DNA of 64,000 bases from assembly GCA_002269645.1 (NCBI GenBank), contig NIVC01001462.1, positions 124,001 to 188,000 of the forward strand, in the 5' to 3' direction. Below the pieces are notes generated by a model that was not told the DNA's origin, did no database searches, and worked only from the letters and a program-made list of their open reading frames with translations. Made by a program: the position numbers and the translations under genes. Source of the stretch: Macrostomum lignano. Taxonomy: Eukaryota. Position 1 is the stretch's first letter, and every line of letters begins with the position of its first letter. Positions 24,679 to 38,174 of this stretch are shown here, in pieces.

Positions 24679-25498
24679 TGTGACGTTGCTAGTTTAAGTG
24701 GTCCCGCAAAAGGGCCGTTGGACTATAGTTTCCCTCGCAATTTCTCATATTAATTTCTCCAATAGTTTATTTTAACGTTTACTTGTAGTAGCGTGCAAAT
24801 AATCTGTATCAACTGCTAATTCACTGTGTATTTGGTAGGCCTTGCGCTCGCCTGTGAATTTTGGCACGATCGATAATTTCAAGTCCTCTCGCCAGCCAAT
24901 GAAAAATCTTCGCGTGTATTTTGCTAGCCCTCTGCGCTCTTTATTAACCCCCGCCTGGCGGCGGGCTCCTCACTTCTCCGGCCTTCTGTTTGCCTCCCCT
25001 CTCCTCTAGCTTCGGGCGTCTGGCTCTCGTTTTCCTTCTCTCTCTCTTGGCTGCCTCGAGCCTCCTTATCTCTCGCCACGGCTCCCCTGTCTGGGCCAGC
25101 CTGTTTACACTGCCTGCCACTGTCTGCCACGGCTAACGCCAATCTCACCACTACGCATCTGCCTCTTCTGTGCTCATCGCCGTTACTCACCACGTTGCAT
25201 CGCCTTGCATCACTCGCCTGCCACTCGACTGCAATTTCTAACTCACCTTCAATTCAAAACCATTGTTGCAGCCGCCAGTGTCCCAAAGCGCAATAAGTTC
25301 TGTATTGACATTAACCAATTTGAATATTGATCTCAACAATAAATCAACTACGGCAGTTCCCTGCCTTGTACGCCAAGTGCTCCGCTACACAATCCGCTTC
25401 TCAAGACTTGACTCGATTCATTTTGGGACTACGACTTACGACAACTCTCGTAAAACGGCCCTTCTAAGGGTCATAGCCTCTACGCCAATAACGTGACA
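24679..25498. mobile_element. 820-bp solo LTR of another family, inserted at the Gypsy gag/pol junction
   Basis: TGTGACGTT...AACGTGACA termini and 5-bp TSD GTAGC. Removal restores EDSY|TVPVRL. Confidence 0.85.
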
Positions 25499-26400
25499 GT
25501 AGCTATCCTCCTGTTCAGCTTCGCTTGCATCTACAAAGCTTGTGGTCCTTGGCCACACTGCAGCTCGCCTAAATTGACCAGATGCTGACGGGCTTTTGAA
25601 CGAATTTCGGCCTTTGCCAAAACCAGTTGATTTCGTTTTGCAAACTGTTGCGAAGTGGTTTTGCATGCCACATTTGTTGCACGTTTTTCCTTTCGCAGGG
25701 CACCCTACATTGGAGCCATGCATTGTGCCACATCTGCCACACTTGGAGCTTGTAGAGTGGGAGCCTCTGGCCACCGATGCTGAAATTTTCATTACTTCAG
25801 AAGACTGCGGCTGACTGGTGCAACCCTTTAGTATTTGCGTTTGTGATAGGTTCTGGTGCGCCTCAGCGATGTTGATAGCTGTCTCAAACGTGAGAGTGCT
25901 GAAGTCCTGTTCCAATAACAATTGCTGATGGCCACCTTGTCATTCAAACCGAATACGAGCTGATCTCTCAGTCTCTCATCTCTGGATAGGCCAAACTGAC
26001 ACTTGTCTGCCTGCATGCAGAGTTGCTGTGCATACTCACGAATGCTCATTGATGCCGTGCGAGTGATATGCTGGAAATTGAATCTCTCAGCCATGACGAA
26101 CGTCTTTGGTTCCAGGATGCTGGCCAGTAGTTTGGTCAGTTCATCGAAGCTCTTTTCTCCCGGCTTCTTGGGAGCGGCTGATCGCCAATGCGTCGTACAG
26201 CTTGGTGCTGAGCTTCATCAGCAGCAGCTTGTTTTTCGTGTCGTCCTGCCAGCCGTTGAGTTCGCTGCACAGTGTGAATCGGTCCAACCACCTCTGGAAG
26301 TTCGAACTTTCATCGAGTTTTTCGATGTCAACTTGCTGTCCTCTCGATACTTGTGCGCTTGGGTTCTGCGCTGTCGCTGTTGCCGACTTTGTCGCTTGGA
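25499..26400 (-). pseudogene. gag: Gypsy gag with two Cys/His knuckles, frameshifted
   Basis: WLDRF..., AERFNF, RLRDQLVFGL and CGRCG..H..CPAKGKTCNKCG..NHFATVC, spread over three frames. Confidence 0.85.
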
Positions 26401-26620
26401 CTGATTTCGACGAGATTGCAAGCGGTGGTGCTTTGTCGCTTGGACTGATTTTGACGAGATCGCAAGCGGTGGTGCTTTGTCGCTTGGACTGATTTCGACG
26501 AGATCGCAAGCGGTGGTGCTTTGTCGCTCGGACTGATTTCGACGAGATCGCAAGCGGTGGTGCTTTGTCGCTTGGACTGATTTCGACGAGATCGCAAGCG
26601 GTGGTGCTTTGTCGCTCGAA
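26390..26620. repeat. 44-bp tandem repeat (about 5 copies) in the Gypsy 5' leader
   Basis: GATTTCGACGAGATCGCAAGCGGTGGTGCTTTGTCGCTTGGACT repeated. Confidence 0.9.
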
Positions 26621-27408
26621 ACCGTTTTACCAACTCCTTTAGTTAGCGATGCTGGCGTACTTCCAAGCATTTTCGTAGCCTATGCTTGCCGACGCCACTG
26701 TTGTGCTTTTGGCTTTAGCCATTAGCAATTGTCAGTCTAGCGGTCTGTTGACCTCTGACGCATCTATCATTTATTTCATAACTCAATAGCATGGTTCAAT
26801 TCATCAACGCAGTCGCGTAACAAAAATGTCTATGGCAAAGCCATCAACCCACAACACTTTGAATTTGACAATATGATTTTCCTACAACTTAGAGGTACAG
26901 CCATGGGGCGCATATTTGCGCCCAGCTAAGCCTGTCTCTTCATGAGCCTCTGGGAGGAAACTGCCCAGAGAACTGCGCTTTATAAGCCGAACATCTATTA
27001 TATATCAACACCTGAATTCAATCAACCCCAAAATTAAACTCACCATCAGCTCCTCATCAACTGAGGTCAATTTCCTTGACATGACCACCAAGAAAGCTGA
27101 TAACCGCTTCACAACACAACTGTTTTCAAAGAAAGACACTCATACGAGCTAGATTGTTGCACCGACAGTCCTTCCATCCGTCACACCCATTCAAGGGGGT
27201 AGTAAAATCTCAAGTCCTTCGATACGTTCGAATCTGTGATGACTACAAGTCTGAATGGTGGAAAGCCTCTGGGACAAGATAGAGTTAGACTGACTGAACA
27301 GGCTTTTAAATGTACATCCCTCATATGTACAGCTACTCATCAATTTTATCTGACTAAGAAAAAGAATACTTAAAAGACCCACTTGCATTGCATGGCACAC
27401 TGATTTTT

Positions 27409-27446
27409 GGCCTGACGAAGAGCCCAGAGGCTCGAAACCAGTAGCC
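27409..27446 (+). ncRNA. Minimal type I hammerhead ribozyme motif at the PLE 3' end
   Basis: GGC-CUGACGA-A-GAGC(CCAGAG)GCUC-GAAAC-CA-GUA-GCC: conserved core, stem II, short stem III, GUA triplet and stem I GGC/GCC. Confidence 0.65.
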
Positions 27447-27527
27447 TATTTTCAAAAAGAATTTTAACACGCTGTGACCTCTCTTCTCTCTCTTCTCTCT
27501 CTCTACCTCTCTCCCTATGTCTGTCAG

Positions 27528-28683
<1,156 letters not shown>

Positions 28684-29239
28684 CTCTTTGACTCGTCAAA
28701 GGGGCTTCGAGTTCAAAATCTGTGAGAGGAGAAATGCTATTAAAATATAAGCTTTATACTCTAATCAGCAGAGCTGAAGCTGAAAAACTGATCAAATTTA
28801 CAAAAACTGTGTAATCACTAAGCAACTACTCCTCAATATAAAAAAATTGCACACTAGCATTGTTAGTTTTGCTGTACAGTCGCGGTATCTGGAGAAATGC
28901 ATCGTGCGCGTGAGTGTACTTGTATCTCGTCGGGCGGCGTGAGATGGTTAACTTTTTAATTGTTCTTTTTTAGACGCGTATTTTACGAGTAAAACAGCTT
29001 TTTTCTTGAGGTATGACACCCTCGCTGATAAAGCAGCTCTTTTTGCGTGATAAAGAAGCTCGTATCAACTTTGTTTGCAGCGACATTTGAACATTAGCAA
29101 ACCAAGAATGGGACTCTTTCATAGCAAGCGGCATTTGGTGGTAAAAACCAACTTTTAACTGCTTTCTTTTCTTTGAAGTTCTCTTCTGTAATTCTGATAT
29201 TATCAATTTATCATTTTTTTCTGTGTCTACTCACTTCAG

Positions 29240-29998
29240 CCGAGGTCACGTTACGTTCCGGACGCCTACTTTCCTCAGCCGCGTTTTCACGCTCCGGACG
29301 CCTACTTTCCTCAGCCGCGTTTTCACGCTCCGGACGCCTACTTTCCTCAGCCGCGTTTTCACGCTCCGGACGCCTACTTTCCTCAGCCGTGTTTTCAGCA
29401 CCCAAGACGTGCCAGATCAACGACACGAGTCAGGCGCGTCCCTATCACAGCGGAAAACAATAGAACTATCGCTGAGTACCACCGCATTTGCGACAGAGTT
29501 CTTCGCTACACCAGACCTGAGCACGAAATTGTCATCAAGATCTGCAGCATCGAGCGCATCAAAAATCGTGTGCTGGACAGGAGGATGCGGAAATGTCGCC
29601 GCGAGCTTTTCCACCCCAACTGTTCAACGGAGCGGCTATTCCATGGAACGACGCGGAGCAATGCTGAGAATATCATTACCGATGGCTTCAAAATAGGCGA
29701 CGGTGGAATGTTCGGCGACGGGATCTACTTCGCCACGGACAGCACCAAGAGCGTCCAGTACTGCACAAACACCAGCGTCAAGTCGTTGCTGCTGTGCGAT
29801 GTGCTTCTTGGAAAGCAGAAAGTGTGTCGAACTGCTCGAAAATATCTCGATTTTGAAACGCTATCAGAGGAAGGCTATGATTCGGTGTTCGCCCAAAGAG
29901 CATCCAGGAAGACGAGAGGCGTGCTCTACGACGAGTTTGTGGTGTACGACCCGAGACAGGCGGCCCCAAGGTACCTCATCAAGTTCAGGACAGCTTGA
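29240..29998 (+). CDS. Tankyrase-like ADP-ribosyltransferase copy C, terminal exon (N-terminal 12-aa repeats plus ART domain)
   Basis: Strong acceptor TTTTTTTTCTGTGTCTACTCACTTCAG|CCG opens a stop-free frame: (PDAYFPQPRFHA)x~4, VRRVP...EY..I.DRV.RY..PEH, IERIKNRVLDRR, LFHGT, GMFGDGIYFATDSTKSVQY, LYDEFVVY...APRYLIKF*. The start exon was not found. Confidence 0.85.
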   Translation, partial: PRSRYVPDAYFPQPRFHAPDAYFPQPRFHAPDAYFPQPRFHAPDAYFPQPCFQHPRRARSTTRVRRVPITAENNRTIAEYHRICDRVLRYTRPEHEIVIKICSIERIKNRVLDRRMRKCRRELFHPNCSTERLFHGTTRSNAENIITDGFKIGDGGMFGDGIYFATDSTKSVQYCTNTSVKSLLLCDVLLGKQKVCRTARKYLDFETLSEEGYDSVFAQRASRKTRGVLYDEFVVYDPRQAAPRYLIKFRTA

Positions 29999-30579
29999 CT
30001 GGCTAATTTCGGCTCAGAGTTTTATAAACCTTAAAAATGATATTATTCTATTTGTTGTTATCAATTATCAAAACATTTTTAAGTTAACTGGGAAATTTGA
30101 AAATGATTTATTTAAAATATATGCGCCTGCGATCATATTTCTAGCTTTTACATTAAAAAGTTCTTTACGACTCTTACTAAGAAGATTTCATCATCACAAT
30201 AAGGTACTGACGTATGGTCTGATGTCACGCTTTTCTCATCCCCTAAAATAGCTCACTAAAGAATGTCCCTTCTAATTGTACTGCTGACTTCACTCTAACA
30301 TCATGGATTCTGTCAGTTATATAGTTTCTTGCTTTTGAATAAATAGTTCTTTTTTAAGATTTTAAATAAATTTATTCTAAAAAAATTCATCCATTCAATA
30401 ATTAAATAATACTCGTACACTTCACTACGGCTTGTGGAAGTGGCTTAAAGTTTACGATCTGAGTGAATGACTTCAGTAACTACTCGTAGCCATGGTCAAG
30501 ACTAGAAAACAACATGAAGCAAGTAGATGTGATCAATTTGCTAAATGCAATACAATGAATGATATTCATATTTTTATCC

Positions 30580-30912
30580 GCTCAGCTGAAGCTGCAAAAG
30601 TGATCAAATCGAAAAAACAGCAAAATGAGCAAGTACCTAAATATAGATAATTTAGCCCTCTAGCCATTGTTCGCTTCACTGTACAGTCCCGGAATGTGAA
30701 AGAAAGCATAGAAGACACAGTGAGTGTACTTGTAACTCGGAGAGCGGGGTGAGATGAGTTGCTTTCCGACTCTGATTTTATAATTTTGAAATTGCCTATT
30801 TTCTCGAGGCATGACGCACAGTGCTGTGGAAGCAGCTCTAATTGCATGAGAAAAGATCAACGGTGTTTTGCAGCAGCGTCTTTTGAACCTTAGCAAACCA
30901 AGAATGGGAAAC
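30580..30912. repeat. Diverged duplicate of 28770-29130 (the region upstream of ART-C)
   Basis: Shared blocks GCTGAAGCTG, CTGTACAGTC, GTGAGTGTACTTGTA, AAGCAGCTCT and TTAGCAAACCAAGAATGGGA in the same order. Confidence 0.75.
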
Positions 30913-33900
30913 ACTACTGAGGACGTATAGAGCTGGGTTTTCAAATGTTTTGACTCAAAAAACGCAATTTATACTACTATCTGGAAATGAAGTAAGTAGT
31001 GTTTGAAAACGCTATCCTACGCGTGATTTTTTTGTGTTTACATGGCATACTTCTATATGTACCTTGCATATGTACATTAATCCCCAATCTACTTCTACAC
31101 GACAGTCCGCTGTATTAGAATCTCTATACAGCTACAGCTACCCCAAAAAAACAAGTTGCACATTCCAACTCTCGAAAGAGACGAAAATTTCCTACTCGAA
31201 ACACTTTTTGTATACTGCAGTATATGCAGAGGCGCGCACGCGGGCTGTACAATATCCAAGCAATGAGGCTGTTGCATTAACGTAAGTCTGTCCCCCAAGT
31301 CGGCCTCAAGACTCGGCTCCAAGTTGACCTCAACAATGCTTTTTATTTTATTTATGCTTTTTATTTTATTTTTGTATGTCCCCCATTCTATTGACAGTGT
31401 GGATGATAAATTTCACGCTTCAATTGGTTATTATACAGGCTGATGCTGCTGTACACTTTATTCTGTTCCCCTCGAAGCTCCTATACTGAATTTTAAATCA
31501 CCCATCAATTCGGACCAAATCAAAATTCAAACCAGACTGTTCGAAAGCAGCCACCCCTCCAATGGTCAACAGATTCATCTTCACAGCGCGAAACCCTATA
31601 TAGCAAATCAAATAGAACCACTCGCCCTCTGACCTCACCATTTCTAATTGCTGTTAAGGAATACCGACCCTCTCTTCACTTTCAGTGTACAAACATATCT
31701 TTTCACAGCACGGACCCTATATTAAACCTCCTTCCTTCAGTAAAAACCCTTCTTCTCCGATTACGTCATTCGATCATACCACCCTATAGAAGCAGCTAGC
31801 AAGAAACTAACTTTTTTTCACTGTTCCAGGGGACTTCTATTAATTTATAAATTCCACCGCTATCACCAAGTTGTGCGCGGGCTACTCTTCTATCGTTTTA
31901 AATTCCTACAATGCCACCAAGGTGTACCAGGGGTGATTTGCTGTTGCTACACTATCCCACCGATGTTACCAAGTTGTTGTAGATGTATTAATACTCGTAC
32001 TATGAGCTGCTATCTTAATGCTGACACCGAATTGTTACAGGGAAAGTTTGTTATAATTTAAAATTAGCTATTAGATTTGTCATAAACTACTGATAGTACG
32101 ATATTGAGAAGATGGGCTTTTACGTAAGTACGGATCGCCCTGGTAGCGCGCAGTGCCCGAGCGGCAAGACACTGTTTAGCTAGAAAAGGGGGGGAGACTA
32201 AGTCCTAAAACGGCGCCCTCCAATGGATCGAGGTTGCACGGTGAATTTCAATTTCCTCTTAAGGATTTGCTCTTGTCACATACAACTTCCATTGGCTGTA
32301 AGATTTGAACAATCCTGTTGTTGGGGTATTTCTCCCTTGTCAATTGGCTGATTTATGCCTCTGCTATTTGCGAGTCCGCTATTTGCTGTTAGACTGTTCG
32401 TCTTGCGCTTTTGGTAATTTCTACCTGTCCAATGAGAATTCGCTCTTAATTTCAGCAAATAAGGGAAGACTTTGAACAACTCTTCAGTTTGTTAGGCAAA
32501 TCGCCTCTGAACCAAAAGGTTGCCTCTCTGGGCACGAATTATACTTCTGTATATACGAAAACCAAGAAGGGGGAAGGGGGATGACGGGCGCATTTAAGCA
32601 ATTTTTTAGCATAATCTTCTTCTTCTTCTCCATCTTCTCCACCACCTATACTAAATTTCTAAGATCTGTTTGTTTGTTTGACTGTCTGTAACGCTCTAGA
32701 GATTGCAATTCTTGACCAATTTTGATCGCCTTTTCGCCAAAAGATTTAAAATTTTCTGGAAAGAAGACAGTTAAAATCTCTTTAATCTGCTTCAATGCTG
32801 AAGGGATTAAATATTCGAAAAACGGTTTTAAATAGGCGTTTTCAGTGTATTTTTTATCAACCTGCTTGCAGCGAGACAATTCACAGCCAATTTTAATGAT
32901 TGCGGCAGAGCCAACTGATAAGAAAACTCACTGGGCCCCACTGCCGAAATAATTACTCTATTTAAATTGCGCAACCATACCAGGGGTAAAAAAAATTACT
33001 TTATATGCTGGCAGACAGCTCTTATACGTCTAAGATTTGTTTTTCTGTAACGCTCTACAGACTGCAATTCTAGACCAATTTTGATCGCTTTTTTGCCAAA
33101 AGATTCGTAATTATCTGAAAAGAAGACAGTTAAAATTTCTTGTATCTGCTTCAATGTTAAAAGTATTAAATATTTGAAAATCAAGTCTTCCCTATGCTTC
33201 CCTAAGGCCAAGCAAGGTTGAATTCTTGACTGGCTGAATTTCAATTCTAAATGATTGCGCCACAACTGCGTACTACATATTCTTGCTATAAACTGACTCT
33301 GAGCTTTTTAGGTGGAGGCAGTGTGCCAAGCATTGCGCAGGCACTCTGTAGGGAGAGAGAAATCAACCAGTTCATTTTAAAAGTATTGAAATTAAAATAA
33401 TGCTCAGTGTGTGTACATTCTTTTGACCCTGGCTGAATGGCGGACTGCATAGACAATGCTATTTATAGATTTCTCTTAACTGTGCATTGGCTCTGCCAGC
33501 ACGAAACATGTGCACACTGGGCAGCCTATCACTGCTGTGTATTTGACTGCAGTGCCGAAGCATATATGGCTGATTTTTGCGCCCTCCCATCAGTAGGCGG
33601 AATAGCCGCAGTGTAGGCACTAGGACTAGGCGTAAGGTCCAAGGTTCGAGTCTGCCTCCCCGGCGGATAATTAAAATGAAATAAGTTAATTCATTTAAAG
33701 CTTGTGCCTCGACTAATCGGGACACTTTTTGGTTAATTAGCAAGCCACATTTAATGATTTATTTTTGCTATTCGGCACAAGCTGCTAAGCAAATTTGATT
33801 TTTTTAAAAACTACTTCGTGTATTACTGATCCCAAATTGCAGACGATGCTACTAAACAGCTAAACTGCTGAAGGTATTGCTAAATGCTGAGCTGCGCAGA

Positions 33901-34669
33901 AGACTACCGATATGTATCGAAAACTGATTAGTGAGCCGTACTAAATGCTGAGCAAATTTTTAGATTATTGGAAGGATCATCGCTGAGAAGATTGAGGAGC
34001 CGGCCAAGAGGAGAACTGCAGATTGTCGAATGGATCATTCATCCAGACTGCAAAGGGGAAAATTAAAAAAAAACTGCTGAGGCAGTTTCTCAAGACTTAT
34101 GAGCGTATAGCTGCAAACTGCTGAGTGGATAACTGCGGACTAATTGGGGGGCAGACTTCTGAGAATAATAACTATCTACAGAGTTTTGAGCGGATAATAA
34201 CTTTTGAGGATTAGTTGCAAGTTGTTTGAGGAATTACTGCGGACTGCTGAGTGAATTATTTTTGCTAGCTGAGGGGACAATTCTAGCCCTAATTTTAATG
34301 CTGAGGTTATAAATGCTTAAGTTGATAAAAGTTGTATTGACTGCAAAGTGGATAAAAGCAGGCTGCTAAGAGATAACTGCAGTCTGTGTTTGCGGGATTA
34401 GATGAAGGGATCATTTCAGGTTTTTGTGGTGATAACTGCCGATTTCTGAGAGTTAACTTCAAACTGCTGAACTTACTAAACCTCTTGAAATGCTAAACAT
34501 CTTAAATAGCATATGGTTTAATTCGAGCATCTGTCAATAGGCACAACAACCGCAGTAGGCAGACAGTAACAGGCATAGACTGAAGGTTGGCAGTTCGAGT
34601 CTGCATTGGCGCAAAGAATTTATCTTTGTGACCTGTGACAATAATGATTGTCACAGGTCAGTAGTGAAC

Positions 34670-34935
34670 CATAGCTAAACTGCTGGTGAAGTATTGCTAA
34701 ACTGCTGGTGAAGCATTTCTAAACTGCTGGTGAAGCATTGCTAAACTGCTGGTAAACCATTGCTAAACTGCTGGTGAACCATAGCTAAACTGCTGGTGAA
34801 GCATTGCTAAACTGCTGGTGAAGCATTGCTAAACTGCTGGTGAACCATTGCTAAACTGCTGGTGAACCATTGCTAAACTGCTGGTGAACCATTAACTAAA
34901 ATGCTGGTAAACCATTGCTAAACTGCTGGTAAACA
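34670..34935. repeat. 22-bp satellite (CTAAACTGCTGGTGAAGCATTG)
   Basis: About 12 tandem copies. Confidence 0.9.
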
Positions 34936-35049
34936 AATTGCTAAAGTGGTGATGAACCATTCCATTGTTTAAGAAAGGCTCTTCTTTAAAGAGAAGAAAA
35001 CTCGGCGAAAAAATAGCGAAAAAAGAATCACCATGTTAACCATAACAGA

Positions 35050-36650
35050 AGCGCTCTGTCGAACATAAAAGACTCATTGGGAATTGCTAAGATGTCAAGG
35101 CTCATGATAGACATTCTGAGATGTCGTGTCAAGGCTCAGGGGGAATTGCTATAATGATGTGATTCTGGGGAGAATTGCTATGATTTCAAGGTTCATTTGG
35201 GAAATTGCTGAGGTATCAAGGCTCAATAAAAATGCTTTGCTGTCAAGGCTCATGGAGATAACTACAAGTACTGGAATGCTGCGACTGTTGGAGGAATTGC
35301 CGACATTGTTAGGGAAAGAGTAAGACGTAAACCATAAATGAATTGGCTTGTCAAACAGAAAATACTCATTGGGGAGTTGCTAGGATGTCAAGGCTCATGG
35401 GGGATATCTGAATTATAATGTGGCTCAATGCTCAGGGGGAATTGTTTTGATTGCAACACATGGGGATATTTCCGAAATTTTGTGGCTCAAATAGGAGTTG
35501 CTGAGATATCAAGGCTCATAATGGAATCGCTGAGATTTCAAAGCTCACGGGGGATTCCTGTAATGCTGTAGGCTGTGACTCTTGGGTATTGCTGAGATGC
35601 CAAGGTTCACAGGGGAATGGCTGAAATTTCAAAGGCTCCTAAAGGGAATAGCTGAAATTCACGAAATTTCAAGGTTAATTAGGTATTTTTTAAATGTTGT
35701 GGTTCATGGTGAGAATTGCTGAAATGCTGTGACTTAGCAGGGTTAGGGTTCAAGCATAAGACACGCGTGAAAGTGCGAAGATATCAAAAGGTTAGTCCCT
35801 CAATTTTCTGGCTCATAGGAAATTGCTAAGATTTCAAAAGCTCATTGGAGAATTTCTGAAATTCTTGGGCTCAGAGGGAGTTGCTGAAATGCTGTGACTC
35901 GGCTGCAGGTTAAGAATTAGGGTTTCTGTTTAATTATAGAGCGATCGTCGTGTCAATCATAAATGATTCATCAAGGAATTGCTAAGATTAAATGCTCTTG
36001 AAGCAAATTACTTAAATGCTTTGGCTCTTTTGAGAATTGCTGACAGGTTAAGGCTGTCAGTGAAATTTAGATTTCAAAGCTTACGAGGAAGTTACTTAAA
36101 TGCTTAGGCTCAAGGCTCACGGGGGAGATTGCTAACATGCCAAGACTCACTTATGGGTTAGGGTTAGGGGCTTAGGGTCAGTTTTGGTTCAATTTGACAA
36201 GTTGAAAAGTCTCATGAAGAAATTGCTGAGTTATCAAGGCTCATATGGAGATTGCTGAATTTTTGGGGAGAGGGGAGTTGGGTTGTTGGGATTTCAAGGC
36301 TTACTGATCTGGTAGAATTGAGTAGATGTCAATGATCGAGTTTAAGTGCTGCGATGTCAATGCTTACTGATGGAATTTCTGAGATGTCAAGGCTTACTGA
36401 GGGAATTATTGAGATTTTAAGGCTTACTGGGGGAATTGCTGAGATTTCAAGGCTTACTGAGAGAATTTCTGAGATTTCAAGGCTTATTAGGGGAATTACT
36501 GAGATTTCAAGGCTCGAGTTTAATTGCTGCGATGTCGATGCTTACTTAATAAGGGAATTTCTGAGATGTCAAGGCCTACTGGGGAAATTGTTGAGATATC
36601 AAGGCTCATGGGGGATGGCTGAATTGTTGGGGGAAGGGGGTTAGATTGTT
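35050..36650. repeat. Degenerate ~30-bp satellite (GCTGAGATTTCAAGGCTTACTGGGGGAATT)
   Basis: Recurrent GAGATxTCAAGGCT motif; it reappears at 40000-41050. Confidence 0.75.
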
Positions 36651-36807
36651 GAGCGATTGTCAGATAGTCAAGTAGTATGGCCCAAGTAGCTCATTTAATT
36701 CAGATAATGAAATATTACAAACAAGTGGTGTTGATTTCTGCTAATAGGAAATACCAGCGTATTTATTAAAGGTTTCGTTATTTGAGTTCGGCTAATAAAT
36801 ATGGGTC

Positions 36808-36962
36808 TAAGACCGTCAGGGATCGGCATATTGAGCTCCTGCTACGGACCAGAATATGCTCAGCCTAATGACGATATACACTAAGAGTTTGTGCTTGAAA
36901 GGATAAACACTATTTGCTGATTGAGAAAGGGTTTTGGGCTGATGAAGGAAACTTTCTTGGCT
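36808..36962. repeat. 155-bp direct repeat, left copy (putative TSD of the LINE)
   Basis: Identical by eye to 38175-38329. Confidence 0.9.
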
Positions 36963-38174
36963 TAAGATAAAACGTTAAATAACGCGCCCTCTGGCTTTAT
37001 GCCAATGAAAACATTAATCCCGCATATGGACTTTGTCCGCCGCGACCTTAACAACATCCACATGGACCTGGGCAATGTGGATAGTCGACCTCCCGCCCTC
37101 AACATCAGGAGGGGCTTCAAGACCGCCATCCCTGGCCGAGACAACATTCCGCTGGATGTCGGTGTGAACCGGCGCAGCCAGGGCATTCACTGCTTCACCG
37201 ACGGCTCGCTGTTCAACGGCCGCGCTGGAGCGGGTATTGCCATTTTCCACGAGGGTAAGATGCTTCTCCAGGAAAGTCTGCACCTCGGTGAGAACACCTC
37301 AGTTTTCCAAGCTGAAATTTGCGCCATTGAGCAGTGTGCCCAGCAACTGTTTCAGGCGAACATTAATAATTTTGACATTAATTTCTACACTGATAGCCAA
37401 GCTGCTATTAAGGCCTTAACCACTGAGAATATCTCCGCTGCTACAGTATCTCAATGCCACCGCAGTGTGCAATCTCTCTCAGTCCTTAACAGGATTAGAA
37501 TTATCTGGACACCTGGTCACAGCAACATCCTGGGCAACGAGCTCGCGGACTCTCTCGCCAAGGAGGGCAGCAACCCAGACGGCAACCACCGTCTGATGAG
37601 GCTACCCACCCCCAGGTCGCAAGTCACCCGCCATATCAACAGGTGGCTCCATCAGCAGCACCAGCTCCACTGGAACAGCTGCACCGAGTACAGGCAGAGC
37701 CGCTCTGCCATGCCTAACCTGAACAGGAAAGTCTCTGATTATCTGATTTCGCTTAACAGAACCGACCTCAGGGAGATGTGCATGGTCCTAACCGGCCACG
37801 GATTCTTCCAGAGACATATATCGTTGCAAACCGGTTGCCCTCCCACCTGTCCCTTCTGTGGCATAGGAGAGGAGACCGCGGAGCATCACGTCACCTTCTG
37901 CCCTTACTTCAACAAGGCGCGGCACAAATACCTCGGCCACCCCCAGCGGATGGACGAGCTGACCACCGCGGACAATATCCGAGACCTCCGCGCCTTCGTC
38001 CGGGACTCCGGCCGGATGAGGGTCGCCGATGCCTCCACTGCGGACCTGCCGACTACTGGCGGGGACTGGGCGCACCCCCAAGGCTAATCCTTGTGCTCTT
38101 TTACCTTGGGGTTGCGATAGGGGCCTCGCGGCCTATTCGCGGCGCCTGCGCCCCCCGTCAGTAGTAGTAGTAAG
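36963..38174 (+). mobile_element. 5'-truncated non-LTR retrotransposon (RNase H-bearing R1/Loa/I-group); intact RNase H + CCHC ORF 36999-38087; (GTA)n tail
   Basis: FTDGS, SVFQAE, TDSQAA and [19 protein letters not shown] (RNase H); LTGHG and CPFCG..EETAEH...CP (C-terminal knuckle). The tail GTAGTAGTAGTAAG precedes the downstream repeat. Confidence 0.9.

Larger units (their letters stand above)
21536..26856 (-). mobile_element. Full-length but defective Ty3/Gypsy LTR retrotransposon (Mag/K02A2.6-like)
   Basis: LTRs at 21536-21699 and 26699-26856 (TGTTGTG...CACAACA), 5-bp TSD CTTTG, PBS TGGCGTCGGCAAG next to the 5' LTR and PPT AGAAGAGGGAGGG. LTRs differ by 4 substitutions and one 6-bp indel. 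Confidence 0.95.
21322..27446 (+). mobile_element. Penelope-like element (PLE) reverse transcriptase remnant, split by the Gypsy insertion (PLE parts 21322-21535 and 26857-27446)
   Basis: Removing the Gypsy rejoins SLYSMIPIDQG...LLELCLYRNDF|EFDNMIFLQLRGTAMGRIFAP, followed by VNFLD. Stops and frameshifts are present. Confidence 0.85.

Noticed and set aside
32150-32550. Weak inverted repeat (GTGCCC-GAG-CGGCAA vs TTGCCTCTCTGGGCAC) suggesting a small TIR element
   Set aside because: Too degenerate, and no TSD was found.
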